A stretch of 64,000 nucleotides of DNA. It comes from Hormiphora californensis. Taxonomy: Eukaryota > Animalia > Ctenophora. Positions within the stretch are counted from its first letter, which is position 1; every line of letters starts with the position of its first letter. The position numbers and the translations under genes are program-made. The stretch lies in NCBI GenBank assembly GCA_020137815.1, contig CM035355.1, forward strand, positions 6,820,001-6,884,000, in the 5' to 3' direction. Shown here one piece after another: positions 1-17,042 of this stretch. The notes under the pieces are model-generated. The model did no database searches, was not told where the DNA came from, and worked only from the letters and a program-made list of their open reading frames with translations.

Positions 1-615
1 GGGGGAAAAAAAAGAAGGGGGAAAAGGGGGTGGAAAAGGGGGGAAAAAAAATTCCCCAAAAAAATTGAACGGCTCGAAAATAAAACCCCCCCTTGCTTGC
101 AGGGAAAAAAAAGGGGGAAAAAAGGGGGGGGGAAAAAGGGGGAAAAAACCCAGAAAAGGGGGGGGGGAAAAAAAAAAGGGAAAAAAGGGAAAAAAGGGGA
201 AACAAAGGGGGGGGAAAAAAGGGGGAAAAAAAGGAGGAGAAAGGGGGGAAGGAAAAGGGGGGGGGGGGAAAGGAAAAAAAAAAGGGGTTTGGAAAAAAAA
301 GGGGGGGGGGGCTTTTGAGTCACTATCAGGGGGTCTCTCCTGGGGGTAAACTATCCTCTCTGGGACGGCCTACTCATCTTCTCAGGGGAGGCGTAAATGG
401 CTGGAGTAGTCCTCCGGGGGCTAACTGTGGGGACTACTTCTGGGAGGGGTAAACTATCGACGTGGCATACGTGCGTCCAAAGAGAGTGGGTAAGGCGTGA
501 GACCCATGCGGACAAGCTTGTAGATTAAAGTGTGTAGATGTGCGTGCATAGTACGGCCCTCTCGTGGTAGTACACAGCAGCTAATCATGGTAATCGGGGC
601 ATCATTCATTACTGT

Positions 616-5040
<4,425 letters not shown>

Positions 5041-5388
5041 TCTCCTTCTCTCCAGTGGTGCGATTGTGGATTATGCATGTTGCATGACAAGGAAACTCGC
5101 TATGTTTCACTGTCAAAACACACATGGTCCGGATATTCATCAGCGGTGAAGATATACTTTTGCCCGAAATAACACAGACAGTTTAGTTAGGAACACTATT
5201 GGTGCGCGGTCGTGCCCACGGAAGGAGTGCTTGGATCATCTTGAAACCGGTTTTAAGTTAACTAATGCATATCCAAAAGTGTCTGTAGCTATTTGGGTGA
5301 TGTTCTGACAATCCAATCACGAGTTATGACGAAAAAACAGTCAAAAAAGACGTTTTAAAGTGACAAAAAGGAGGATCTGAACACTGCC

Positions 5389-8300
5389 ACACAACAGACT
5401 CGGCAAGAGAAACCACTGCCCAAGCATCTGACGAAACGAACGATCCCAAACCAGAGACCCGGGTAACCATAACCCCAGAAGAAAAAGATCCAGATGGCGC
5501 AACCGAGTCCACAACCACAAAAGAGATCAGTCCTGAAACAAGCTCAGAAGTGGCAACACCGGACTCGCCTAACCAAATATCTTTGAACCCGACAGCAAAA
5601 CTTCATCAAAAAGGAACTGGCGACAAATATAATCACTTCGGCCAGCAAGAAAACCCTTAAGAAGCTCTGCGAAGCAGCCGCCACACCCTTCACTGACATA
5701 CTCGATGCAAGGATGCTCCTTCTCAAAGACCTAGACTCTATCTTTGAAGAAACTAGTAGGCCCTCGGCTAAGTTTTGCCGAGCCATGCTGGAAACAGTTG
5801 ACATCAACCGCCGTAAACTTGGAACTAGACCGACTTGAAATTGAGTCAAGTGTCAACACGGTGGCCTTCAAAAGAACTCTACTGGTCAAACACTGGTGCG
5901 AAGATTCTGAATCTACCCCACATACAGCTAGCCAAAAACCCGTTACTGCAGCAAGCTTAAGAATCTTCCAGGAAACAGCAGATTAAGGCCACCGACCGTC
6001 ACCAGAAGGTTGGAGAATCCTCAGAACACACCAATGGGAACAGACAGGAAGATGTAGCCAAACAACCCGCTCAGCCTGAATCCTCTAAAGATATCATAAT
6101 CAAGCTAATGGAAGAAAGACTTCTCTCACTGGAAAGAAAGATGGACTCGATGTCAGCGGCAATGGTCGCCAGCGACAACGGAACAGAACTGCTCCTAAGA
6201 GAATCAGAAACGAAGATCAAGAACCTTCAGAAATCAGTGGAAGATCAGCAAAAAACTCTTACAGAATCAGCAACTGTTGATCAATCAACTTCAAACCACC
6301 ACGAACAACCTGAACCCAAGCCCTTGAGAAATGCACCAAGGACCTCCAAGAACTCCGACCTACCCCTAGCAACCACCAACCATCCTACAACTCACGGAGG
6401 AGGCAGGGCTCTACTAGACCAGATCAAAGCACAACCAGCTCTGGCAACACCACTCCAAACACCATCAGTCCCCACATGAGGCAGCCCAACGCACAACCAC
6501 CCCACTCAGAGAGGAACCACAACTGCAAGTGGAGACCTCGCTCCAAGTAAACCAAAATGCTTCATAGCCACGGCGCGGAACATGGACGCATTTGATAGGA
6601 CGCTGTTCTCAAAATCTTTCGACATCGAAACACACAAGATAACATCACTAGAGGAGGCCAAGACTGAACCCTCAAATCCCAGTGAACTCCAAAAAGCTAT
6701 CAGGAAGCATCGCCCCGGTGCCATCGTCCTTCACGTAGGCAAGGAGGACATCCTTAAAAAACTTAAAGACAAGCAACCTATTTCAGCTGAGATAGAAATA
6801 CTAAAGTCTGTGGTAAAAAGGGATACTACAAAACACCCCCTCTAAGATCTGCGTATCTCTACCGATACCGGCTCCCAAACTACCATCTCTCGATGCCAGC
6901 ATCAAAAACTGGAACCTACAAATATCCAGATTCATCACAGAACTCAGGAAAAACCCAGCCTTCACTAACCGGGTATTCACAATAAACAACGCCAGAATCG
7001 GTGAACACACTACAACCCAAGTTGCAGCAGACAGTGGGATAGAAAGTATACCAACCGAACATGGTGGGAAAAAACTCTGGCTAAATCTCAGAGAAGGCTA
7101 AACAGAATGACCAATCTAACCACAAAAGAAGACCTCACAATGAAGAGTAATTCTCAAGGTGCACCCGAGGCAAACAGTTGCACGCTCAACATCGTGTCCT
7201 GGAACATTCACGGAATCAAAGACGCTAATCTTGGGCCCAAAACCAACTGTCATGAATTCCTCGCCCAACTGGGTGGTTCCCACGTATTCCTGCTACAAGA
7301 AACAAAGGGATCTGTTGAAGTTGACAGCTACATCTGCCACAACAAGACACGTCCCAACCCACGATCTGGCGGACTAACCATCGGCGTCCACTCAACTATA
7401 GCAGCACACACTAAACTAATCAAAACTGACCACGAGGACCTTCTCGCACTAAGGATTTCCAGGGAAAATCACCGGGACAGGGAAGGACCTCACCATCATT
7501 AATGTATACGACTCCCCACCCGAAAGCAGTTACAAAAAGAAATGGGCAGGTACCAGTGAGGAGAGGGACACACTCCATGACCTGAGCCAACTGCTTCTAT
7601 CTCTAAGGCAAACCGAGATCCTAATTGCCGGTGACATGAACGCTAGATTGAGTGGACTCAACACGATCCCACCGACTCAACACATCTCTGATGACATTCT
7701 CTCCAGCGGAGACCCGTCTTATAAAACAACTCCGCACCAGCAAAGATACTGTCTGCAATGACAGAGGAGCCAAGCTACTTGACTGTCTGTCATCAGCTGA
7801 GCTTACCATCCTAAACGGCTGTACAATTGGCGATCTAACAGGACAGTATACCTGTCACACGTACAATTGGAGCTAGTGTTGTTGATTACATCATTGCCTC
7901 TGATAGCATTCGCTGCTCCACCCGATCTCTCAAGGTCAGGCCACTCCTGCCACTATCGGACCACTGCCCAATAGAAGTGACGCTTAACACCAAGACGACA
8001 TTGAAAAGTGCAACAGCCCAAAGGAAGTTTCTAAACCTACCAGGACGCTCCTCGGCGAACCAAATGGAAAGACACTACCGCCCAGCTACTCAAAGAGCGG
8101 CAAATGAAGGACTCTGATGCTATCTCTGGGTTAATCCGGACAACCTGCAATTGCCGTGATGATGTGTACACCATGAACCAAAAAATATCAGATCTGCTTG
8201 CCGCCCAACTCAAAAGCACTGAACAGCTGTAGACAAGAAAAAGAAACACAAAAAACGATACACGAAATCTAAATGGTATGATAAAGAGTGTGACATCCTA

Positions 8301-10793
8301 CGCTTTGAAACCAACCGCCTTGCACGAGCCCAGGGCAAGGGGAAAACTGCTAACCCCAGGATCAAAGACCTCTACCACCAGCAGAAACGATTGTATCGTC
8401 GAACAATGAGGAACAAGAAGAGCCAGCTCAAGTCAAAACTTGAGCAGCAGAATTCTCTCATCCAAACATTGAACTGGGACACAATCGAGGAACTGAAAAC
8501 AGCAATTCGATCAAAAAGAGGAACTCAGCATCTCTCATATGACCGACTTCCACAGCTTCTTCAATCAGCTTTACTCCAAAAATCAGAACGAGAAAACTGA
8601 CACCTGGAAAGCTGGACATCCATACTAAAATCAATCTGCAATCAGACCTGGAAAGTGCACTCAATCAACCTATATGCACTAATGATGTCGAAAAGGCTAT
8701 CAAGGATCTAAAAAGGGGCAAATCGCCAGGCATTGAGGAATACCTAACGAACTACTCAAAGAGGCATGTCCCAACACGATACAGCTACTCACACATCTGT
8801 ATAACCAATGCCTCGAACACGGCGTGTACCCTTGGAACACTACGGTTATAACACCTATCCACAAAAAAGGGCCCAAACATGACCCTAACAACTACCGAGC
8901 CATTGCTGTAGGGAGCAGTCTGGGGCGTGTCTTCTCCGCCATCTATCTGGAGCGCCTAGTGAACTTCAGGAAGACTCACTGCCCGGACCCGCCCAACCAA
9001 CAAGGCTTTGTGAAGGGTGCCCCAAACCAGCGACCACCTCTTAACACTCCATACTGCCATTCAGAAAGGAATACAGAACAAAGGAAGGCTCTACACTTGC
9101 TTTATCGACTTTCGTAAGGCATTTGATGGCCTCAACAGAGACGCCCTTCTCCTAAAACTGCTAAACCTTGGAGTTCGTGGGAAGTTCTTCAATGTACTCG
9201 ACCACATGTACAACAACTCCAAGGCTCGCCTAAAACTAGCCCAGAAACTCTCTGATCTCATTGACATCCAAATTGGTACAGAACAAGGGCATGTCACAAG
9301 TCCAGAGCTTTCAAGTGTTTCCTCTTGGACCTATCCACAATACTCAATGATAAAGACCTAAAATCTGACCCAGTAGCACTAGGAACAGCCCTAGTGACTC
9401 ACTTGCTCTGGGCTGATGATCTGGTACTTATGTCAACCTCGGCTAAGGGTCTACAAAAAACTCCTCGATGCCCTCTACCGGTTCTTGCTCTGATTGGGAT
9501 CTTACCGTTAACACCGAAAAAACGGCTATAATGGTCTTTAACCAAGCTGGGAGGAAACTCAAAGAATCCAACGGCTTTCTCTACGGCGACTCACACATCC
9601 CATCAACCAAGACCTATCAATATCTCGGTTTTTGACTTTCTCGGTGAATGGTAACCTACGAGAAAGCCCAAAAACAACTGAGAATCAAGAGCATGCGGAG
9701 CATTTTCGCCATAAAAAAGAATAGTGGATATCAGATCAATATCCAAGCAAGCGGCCCTAAACTATTTGATGCTCTGGTAGCACCTGTAGCAGGGTATGCA
9801 TCAGCTATCTGGCTGCACGAAACAAGATTTCTCAAGACATCTCTAAACGGGAAGCATGTGAAAACTACATCGAAGGACATCTGGGACGACCAAACAGAAA
9901 AATGTCAAACCAGCTTTCTGAGATGGTTACTAGGACTTCGGAAAAACACACCGCTACCTCCACTCTACGGGGACACTGATAGAGTCCCCCTGGCCGTAAG
10001 AAACAGCAAACACCTGCTGGACTTCCACAATAGACTATGTATCATGAGCAAACACTCTCGACAACCAAAGCAAGCTAGTCGTACACGCCTATAACGAACA
10101 GAGCGACTACAGTTGCCCTGGTATCAAGTGTCCTAAGGATCTCCGAGATATTCGACTCCAATGCCCACCACCGCAGAAAACACTTCTCCCTAACTCCCAA
10201 CTCGTGCAGGCCCGTATCTCAGATTGGTTTTGGACCCAATGGGACGATATTCGCCACAGCAACCGGAAGCTTGAATTCTACAACAGTGTCAAGACCGGAC
10301 ATGGCTTTGAGGATTACCTAGAAAGAAGGACGGCACCTGACTTCATCAAGTTAAGAACGAGTACCCACCGCCTAAAATCGAAAACCGGACGCCATAACAA
10401 AACTGACAGATCTGAGCGCCTCTGTGATGATTGCTCCTCACCCGAGTCTATACCTCTTCTGCGTGCCCTCCCTTTCTTCGACCCCATCATCCAAGATGAG
10501 TGGCACATGCTGAATGAATGCACCCGCACCAAATCAGCTCGAGACCGCCTAACAGATCAAGACAGAACCTCCCTTCGTGGTCATGTCTTCCCCTCACATA
10601 TCAATCATCATCTCTCTCACCTAATTCACACCATCATCAACCCATAATACACACACTACCACCGCCCACCATACCTCTCCTCTCAACCCCCCTGAACCCT
10701 CTCTCTACCCCTCCTACTCCCACTTTTTTATAGTTATATGACAATAATATTATTGTTAAGTACTTTTTAATTTGAATCTTTGAATCTTGAATC
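5389..10793 (+). mobile_element. Non-LTR retrotransposon (LINE, RTEX-like), 5'-truncated and frameshifted
   Basis: ORF1 pieces contain a coiled coil (6108-6479) and an SGNH/esterase-like segment (AIVLHVGKED, 6582-6845). ORF2 pieces contain APE endonuclease (IVSWNIHG, LLQET, IAGDMNA, SDHCP), reverse transcriptase (PIHKKG, NYRAI, FIDFRKAFD, LLWADDLVL) and a C-terminal RLCDDC...DEWHMLNEC knuckle. The 3' tail is (TTGAATC)n at ~10771-10793. Confidence 0.93.
7107..10647 (+). pseudogene. LINE ORF2 (APE endonuclease + reverse transcriptase + CCHC knuckle) broken by multiple frameshifts
   Basis: Consecutive ORF fragments 7107-7502, 7652-7876, 8391-8600, 8824-9117, 9017-9361, 9325-9531, 9648-10094 and 10204-10647 carry the motifs in canonical order. 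The indels may be decay or consensus error. Confidence 0.88.
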
Positions 10794-10795
10794 TA

Positions 10796-11194
10796 TGAAG
10801 GGTTGGGGCTATGAAACTTCTTGAGTGGACAGAGAATCGTCCAAATTTGCAGTGCCAACTTTGGAATAGTTTCTATCTTTTGTAGTTATCTAATTAGAGC
10901 CGTTTAAACATGTGAGACGATGCTGCAGGGGCCTCTAATACTAGGTATTTTTGCTTGTGAAGTGATCACTTGACGAGATTTACCCAATTAGAGAGCAGAT
11001 TAAAGCATACAAGCGGTGAGAGCAAGCAATATGGGGCGGAAACAGTACCAAATCACCCTGTTTTGCAGATCGTCTCACATGTTTGAACGGCTCTAATTAG
11101 ATAACTACAAAAGATAGAAACTATTCCAAAGTTGGCACTGCAAATTTGGACGATTCTCTGTCCACTCAAGAAGTTTCATAGCCCCAACCCTTCA
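10796..11194. mobile_element. ~400-bp MITE with ~130-bp TIRs and TA target duplication
   Basis: TGAAGGGTTGGGGCTATGAAAC...CATGTGAGACGAT (10796-~10921) is inverted at ~11069-11194. TA flanks at 10794-95 and 11195-96. Confidence 0.88.
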
Positions 11195-11701
11195 TATAAG
11201 GGCTGTGTTCAGATCCTCCTTTTTGTCACTTTAAAACGTCTTTTTTGACTGTTTTTTCGTCATAACTCGTGATTGGATTGTCAGAACATCACCCAAATAG
11301 CTACAGACACTTTTGGATATGCATTAGTTAACTTAAAACCGGTTTCAAGATGATCCAAGCACTCCTTCCGTGGGCACGACCGCGCACCAATAGTGTTCCT
11401 AACTAAGTTAGAAGATTGAATTGTTCATACTTTCTTTTTATTCTAAAAATGCGGGAGCACGAACACAGTGTCATGCGACTCAATTAGAAGATAATCAAAC
11501 GATTCCCCCATCACTTCAACCCTGTACAGTATTAAAAAAGACGAGAGCAAGAACAATACATATTCCACAGTGCCAGTATGCTCCTATCCCTCAAAATGCC
11601 ACCCTATTATCTCTCTCATCTAAATCCCACTTGTTTTGTTCAAACCCGCGATATATACGAGGAGAGATGTAAAAGTAATGGAAAATCCCCGCTCATTCGT
11701 A

Positions 11702-12261
11702 CCTGTTTGCCACTGGAGATGAAGGTTTTTAGCTTCCGTGGATGCCGGTTGAATGGCATGGAAAAGCAGCACAAAGTACTGTGTCAACACGATGCATTGC
11801 TGCAGGGCTACCGCAACGACCTGGTGGGTGTGAATTTGGGGTGAGATGGGAAGCAATCGAACAATTTATTTGGTACCCAGCATTCTCTGAATATTTCTCT
11901 CTCTCCCCTTCATGTTTAAAACTTGGTACTAGCAGTACAGGTAGTGAAAACACTTTAAAAGTTAAAACGCCCTATACCTACACTGTGTATTGGTATAATC
12001 ACAAGATTGATATGAGGGGTCTGGGGTTTATAAAACTTGTGTGGCTCACTTCGCTCTGTGAGGATTCGGTAGATCAAACTTGGTTACAAAGTCACCCCTA
12101 TTATTGCACATTATTATAGCGCGGAGGGGTAATTTCATTACCAAAGATCAAACTTGGTTACCTACCTGTTGTTCAGAATTCAGCTTTGGTACGTGTTTAG
12201 ACCAATAATCAAAGGGGTACATTTGTAGTTCCTTCAGCACAGATTCCAAGGGTCGTAAACC
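11702..12261 (-). CDS. Candidate internal exons of an unidentified minus-strand gene
   Basis: Two AG/GT-bounded open exons with compatible phases: ~12261-12166 (GLRPLESVLKELQMYPFDYWSKHVPKLNSEQQ) and ~11821-11702 (VVAVALQQCIVLTQYFVLLFHAIQPASTEAKNLHLQWQT). No homology recognised. Confidence 0.3.
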
Positions 12262-14248
12262 TGTAAATAATGAGCGGGGGTTTAGAGAAGTCGATGCTTC
12301 AGTGGTATCTATCTCTAAGTCTCTCTCTAAGACAGAATTATAAATCTCTCTCAGCCCTACACACTTCTATTGATCATAAACAGATGAGACATTTTGAAGG
12401 AGCCCTAGTTCCCAGAACCGGTGCTGGAGAAGAAAGAGGGTCGGCGCCTGTGACACAGATAAATATCGTGGGAACATTCATCTGGCGGCATTTTGGGGCA
12501 GACCAGATGGTCCCCAGTGCGCGCAGCTGGTCTCAAACTGAGCTTCGCGCGTTACATAAAGTTGTCGCACACCAAAGTTCTGTTCTCACCACCCTTCACC
12601 TGACCAAAAACTAGGTAAAAGGGGGTGGGAGATTATTGTAGGGAAAGTGGAGGGGGATAAGAGATAGAAGAAGATAGAGAGAGAAGAGAGAGAGGAGAAG
12701 AGAGGGGAGAGAGGGGAGAAGGGGAGCGATAGGAAAAGATTTTGGGGGTTGGGATGGCGGCGTGGGGGGGCCCCAAAACCCCGGGGGGGCCCAGTCCCCT
12801 TCCCAAGAGAGAGAAAATCAAGGAACCAAAAGGAAAAAAAGAAATTTAAAAAGAGGGAGGGGGGGGAAAAAATAAAAAAATACCCCTTTTATATTGTTAA
12901 TTAAGGTTATTTTTACCTTCAACCCCGGGGCGGAATTTAGGTATAAATCGATGGCCTATAAATATTAAAAAAGAAATACCGTTTAGTGAACTATTAAAAT
13001 TAACCGTTAAAAATTTTTTTATTATTATCTTCATTAAAAAAACTTAGTTTTTAAAATGTAAAATTCATTTTAATTAATCTTTTCAAGACATACCAATATT
13101 TTTTATTTAATAAAGTTTTAATTTTAATTTTTTTAAATAAATAATGAAAGATGATTAAAGGAGTTTGGGGTCAACCCGAAAGAAAAAGAAAAAAGATTAA
13201 ATACCGGGTAAATATAACATAAAGGGGCGCTATTAAAAAGAAAAAAGAAAAAATCTAAAACATAATTAATTTCCCCAAAATAAAAACTTTCATTTTAATT
13301 TTTTTTTCGAATCTTCCATTTCCCCTCCCTTTTTCGAACATTTTAACCCCAACTACACCCCCACGGAATAAGCCCCCAAATTAAAACTGGCCCCCAGGGT
13401 CCAAACCCAACCAGGTTCCCCCTTAAGTTTTCCTACTTTGCTTTCAGGGGGTCCCGGGGAGTCGGGGGTTTTGGGGCAAAAAATTGCCCCTTCCTTCTTT
13501 CCTGGATTTTGGGGTCACCTCCCCTCCCTAAATTTTTTCTAACCTTTTTTCCCCTGGGGTTGAAACTTTCTTTTCCCCCAAGGTCCCATCCCCAAAGGAA
13601 AATGGGGCCCCAAAAAAACACCCCCTTAGGGGATAGGGTTTTGGGGGGCTTAAACTTGGGGCGGGGGGGGTTTCCCCTTTTCCTTTTAAATTTTTTGAAT
13701 TTCGTAGGTATAAAATACCGTTTAGTGAATCTATTAATAACGTTAATAAATGTTCATATTCAAATTATATTTCTTTCACTTAATCTAGTCCAATTATTGC
13801 AAACAAGTCATTGTAATTTATGTCTAAAATCTTATCAAGAGTCAAAACTAACCAGCTTTTGGGAGCCTGATTTACTTAAGGACTCCCTTTACTTTGTAAT
13901 ATTTTACAATGACATTACTCAAGGATAAAATGATTCAATATTAGACTGCTGGACTCCACTGATAATGGAATGAGAGAGAAAGAGGAGGGAGAGAGGAAGA
14001 GAGTGATAGAGAGATAAGGAAAAAAGAGAAAAAGAACCTACTAAACAAACATAAATTAATTAGGATACCCGGAAATATAAAAATATTATTTCGATTTATA
14101 AATTTCGATCTATCTCAATAATCCTAAACCGAATTATCAGATTCTGGAATATTTTTATTTATTCAACATATTTTATACCACCATCGGAATACCATTCAAA
14201 CAAGTATAAAACCTGTCCCCCAGGGCCCTCAAACTACCCCCAGTCAAC

Positions 14249-16695
14249 ATGATTAAGTTTGTCCTACTCTCGGCGTCCTCGCAGTTCAGGCGGTTCCCAG
14301 ACCAGACCATCTTGACGACAGTCCCTTCTTCCCGGTGGATATGGAGGATACCACCCCGGGTCCCACTGAAGCCCCCTCGGAGTGTGAAAACTTCATGTAC
14401 AGCAAGGGAATGAAGTCTGACTATGGAATGGCCATCGCTCACAGGCTACACTCCCTAACTGTGGAGGATATCAAGTGAGTGGTGGGGGGTCGAAGGGGCG
14501 GGGTGGTGGGGGTCGAAGGGGGGGGATAGTGCCCCGTGGTTTCAGTCAATTTGCTATAGAAACAGATGTTTTTGGTGTAACACCGTCCCCCCTCCCCTAG
14601 TTACTATTTTCGTGTAACACCTTCCCTAGTTACTATTTTGATGTAACTCCCTAGTTACTATGCTTCCCTCTTCCCTAGTTACTATTTTGGTATAACATCT
14701 TCCCCCCTCCCCTAGATACTACTTCGGTGTGACCGTCCCTGCTGATAACGGAATTCCCACGGTAAACTTGGACATGGCCGCTAACGCAGCACGGGTTATC
14801 CCTAATGCACCCCTTGCCACATACGATGATAGCTTCTCCTCTATGGGTCTGAAACACCTTGATAAGGTAAGAAATTAGTTGACGACAACTGGACGATTAG
14901 AGGGCGATGACAAGAACACGTTTGTTATATATTCCAAGTTTACTGTTTTTGTTCCCGGACCCCTAAACCTTATTCAGTAAAAGCTGTAGCGAAATATTAA
15001 CACCTGTGGGCCATATTATACCAGGCCATATACTCCTAAGATCTAACCCCCTAACAGTAACAATTCATATTCCTATAATAACAGAAACAATTCGTCTTCA
15101 TATTCATCTGTAACTGTAACAATTCATCTTCAGATTCTCCGTCATATGGACGACAAAAAGTATTCCATTATAAACTACAACACACTGGAAAAGGTGGCCC
15201 ACACATTCCACATGTCAGAACTATGGACTAGGTAAGAAGCCATGACACGACCCAAAAAGATGGACTAGGTAAAAAGGCCTGGCATGGCCCTAAGATATGG
15301 ACTAGGTAAGAAGCCCTGACACGGCCCGAAGATATGGATTTAGTGACACGAAAATGAACATTGTGCTTTCTGTGTCATGGACTAGTTAATCACAGATTTC
15401 CCCCGGATTTCCTCTCTCAGCTAGTATCCTAAATCCCCCTCTCTCTCTCTCCCAGGGCGTCGTACTACTACGACCTGCTGAAGAACACCCCAGCTTGTGA
15501 TGAGATGTGTGCCTGTATTACGGACGTTGCCAACAATGACATTCTACCCGAGATAGAACTGCTGGCCCTGAAGATAAAGTTTCCTGGTATTACCTCCGGG
15601 GCAGCCCCTGGAAAACCTGGTGATGGAGCCTGGCCGATCAGTGAGTGGGGGACCGGGGTGGGAGAGTGGGGAGCGGGGTGGGGGAGCGGGATGGGTGAGT
15701 GGGGTGAGAGAGTGGGCCGGGGTGGGAGAGCGGGGTGGGTGAGTGGGAGCCTGGCAAATCAGTGAGTGGGGGAGCGGGGTGGGGGAGCGGGGTGGGAGCC
15801 TGGCCAATCAGTGAGTGGGGTGAGAGAGTGGGCCGGGGTGGGAGAGTGGGGTGGGTGGGTTTGGTGAGAGAGTGGGGTGGGTTTGGTGGGAGAGTGGGGT
15901 GAGAGTGGGCCGGGGTGGGAGAGTGGGGTGGTCCGTGGAAGAGTGGACCAGGGTGGGAGAACGGGATAGACCGCCTATTATAGACAGTAGGGGGTTCTGT
16001 AGAGAGTGTTATGTTATATGCATCATTCTAGAACCCTGTTTTTCTATTTCAGATTACGCTTACAATCAACCCCACAACGATAACAGTATTGAGTTCCGAC
16101 GTGTCCTGAGGGACTTTGATTTCAGTGGACCCGAGGAGGAGGTCTTTGAAAGGTAGGCAGAGACAGATCTTCCTCTTTACATCTCTATAATTCCTTGTTT
16201 TGTTCAAACTCTTTTAATGGCAGTCTAACTTGGCAATCTATTACCCCTCCTAACTCACCCCGTCTAACACCCCCTCTTTGAAAGGTATAATAGGTAGAGA
16301 CAGATCTTCAAACCTTCTTTGTCAGGCTCTGAAGTCTGAGTGTAATATCGCGTAACTCCCCCTTTATTCATGTTTCCCCCTCTATCCCTACTAACACCCC
16401 TTCTATTCCTCCCAACACCCCTTCTATTCCTCCTAACACCCCCTCTATTCCTCCTAACACCCCCTTCCTCCCACTAACACCCCTTCCTCGCACTAACACC
16501 CCCTTCCTCCCACTAACACCCCCTTCCTCCCACAACAGGGCTGTAGAGGAGCTTGATGATCACGACGAGAGCGAGTGTGATCATCTGAATAACGAGAAAG
16601 CCTGGGCTAGCTGGAGGCAAGGATTCAAGAACATGAACGATTTCGATAACTATCAGTTCGCCATTTACATGCATTGTAAACTCAGGGACTTTTAG
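14249..16695 (+). CDS. Uncharacterised secreted protein, paralog A (6 exons; one apparent 1-bp deletion in the signal peptide)
   Basis: Exons 14249-14474, 14716-14866, 15134-15231, 15456-15619, 16053-16152, 16539-16695, with GT-AG introns and consistent phases. Product: MIKFVL(L)LGVLAVQAVP...AIAHRLHSLTVEDIKYYFG...NGIPTVN...VAHTFHMSELW...MCAC...ELLALKIKFPG...NYQFAIYMHCKLRDF. Homologous to paralogs B and C. Confidence 0.85.
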
Positions 16696-17042
16696 GCGAC
16701 AGAAAAATACAGCGGGATTTGTAAAGAAAGAGTGACATTTTTAGTTTATTACTTTAAAGAATATACAAAATTTATATTTTTTGTAAGCAATTAATAAATT
16801 TCTACTTTAGTGAAACCGCCTAAATCATTATTTGTATGGGGGGAAGATAATTAGATCTAGTAAATCTGGCGAGATAAGGCATCATGAATGGGCAATGAAG
16901 AGGATAATAATACGCACACGATGAAATTCGCGTTAAATCGAGTAATTTCGCTGATAACACAAGTCACAACCTGATAAGAATTAATTAAATCTCTCCCCCC
17001 CATAAAAAGCAGCACCGGGAACACCATCACAATATTCGTAGA

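Larger units (their letters stand above)
5186..11403. mobile_element. Foldback/MITE-type non-autonomous DNA transposon with ~199-bp TIRs, interrupted at its centre by a LINE and a second MITE
   Basis: 5186-5384 (GTTAGGAACACTATTGGTGCGCGG...GGATCTGAACAC) is the reverse complement of 11205-11403. TA flanks both ends (5184-85, 11404-05), the Tc1/mariner-type target duplication. Confidence 0.85.

Noticed and set aside
1-345. Lys/Gly-rich ORFs in G/A homopolymer sequence
   Set aside because: Pure homopolymer noise typical of low-quality sequence, with no coding signal.
12620-13700. Homopolymer-rich block with ORFs
   Set aside because: Contains garbled copies of the adjacent 13700-14250 sequence (e.g. 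AAATACCGTTTAGTGAA, CCCCAGGG). It is probably an unpolished duplicate or assembly junction.
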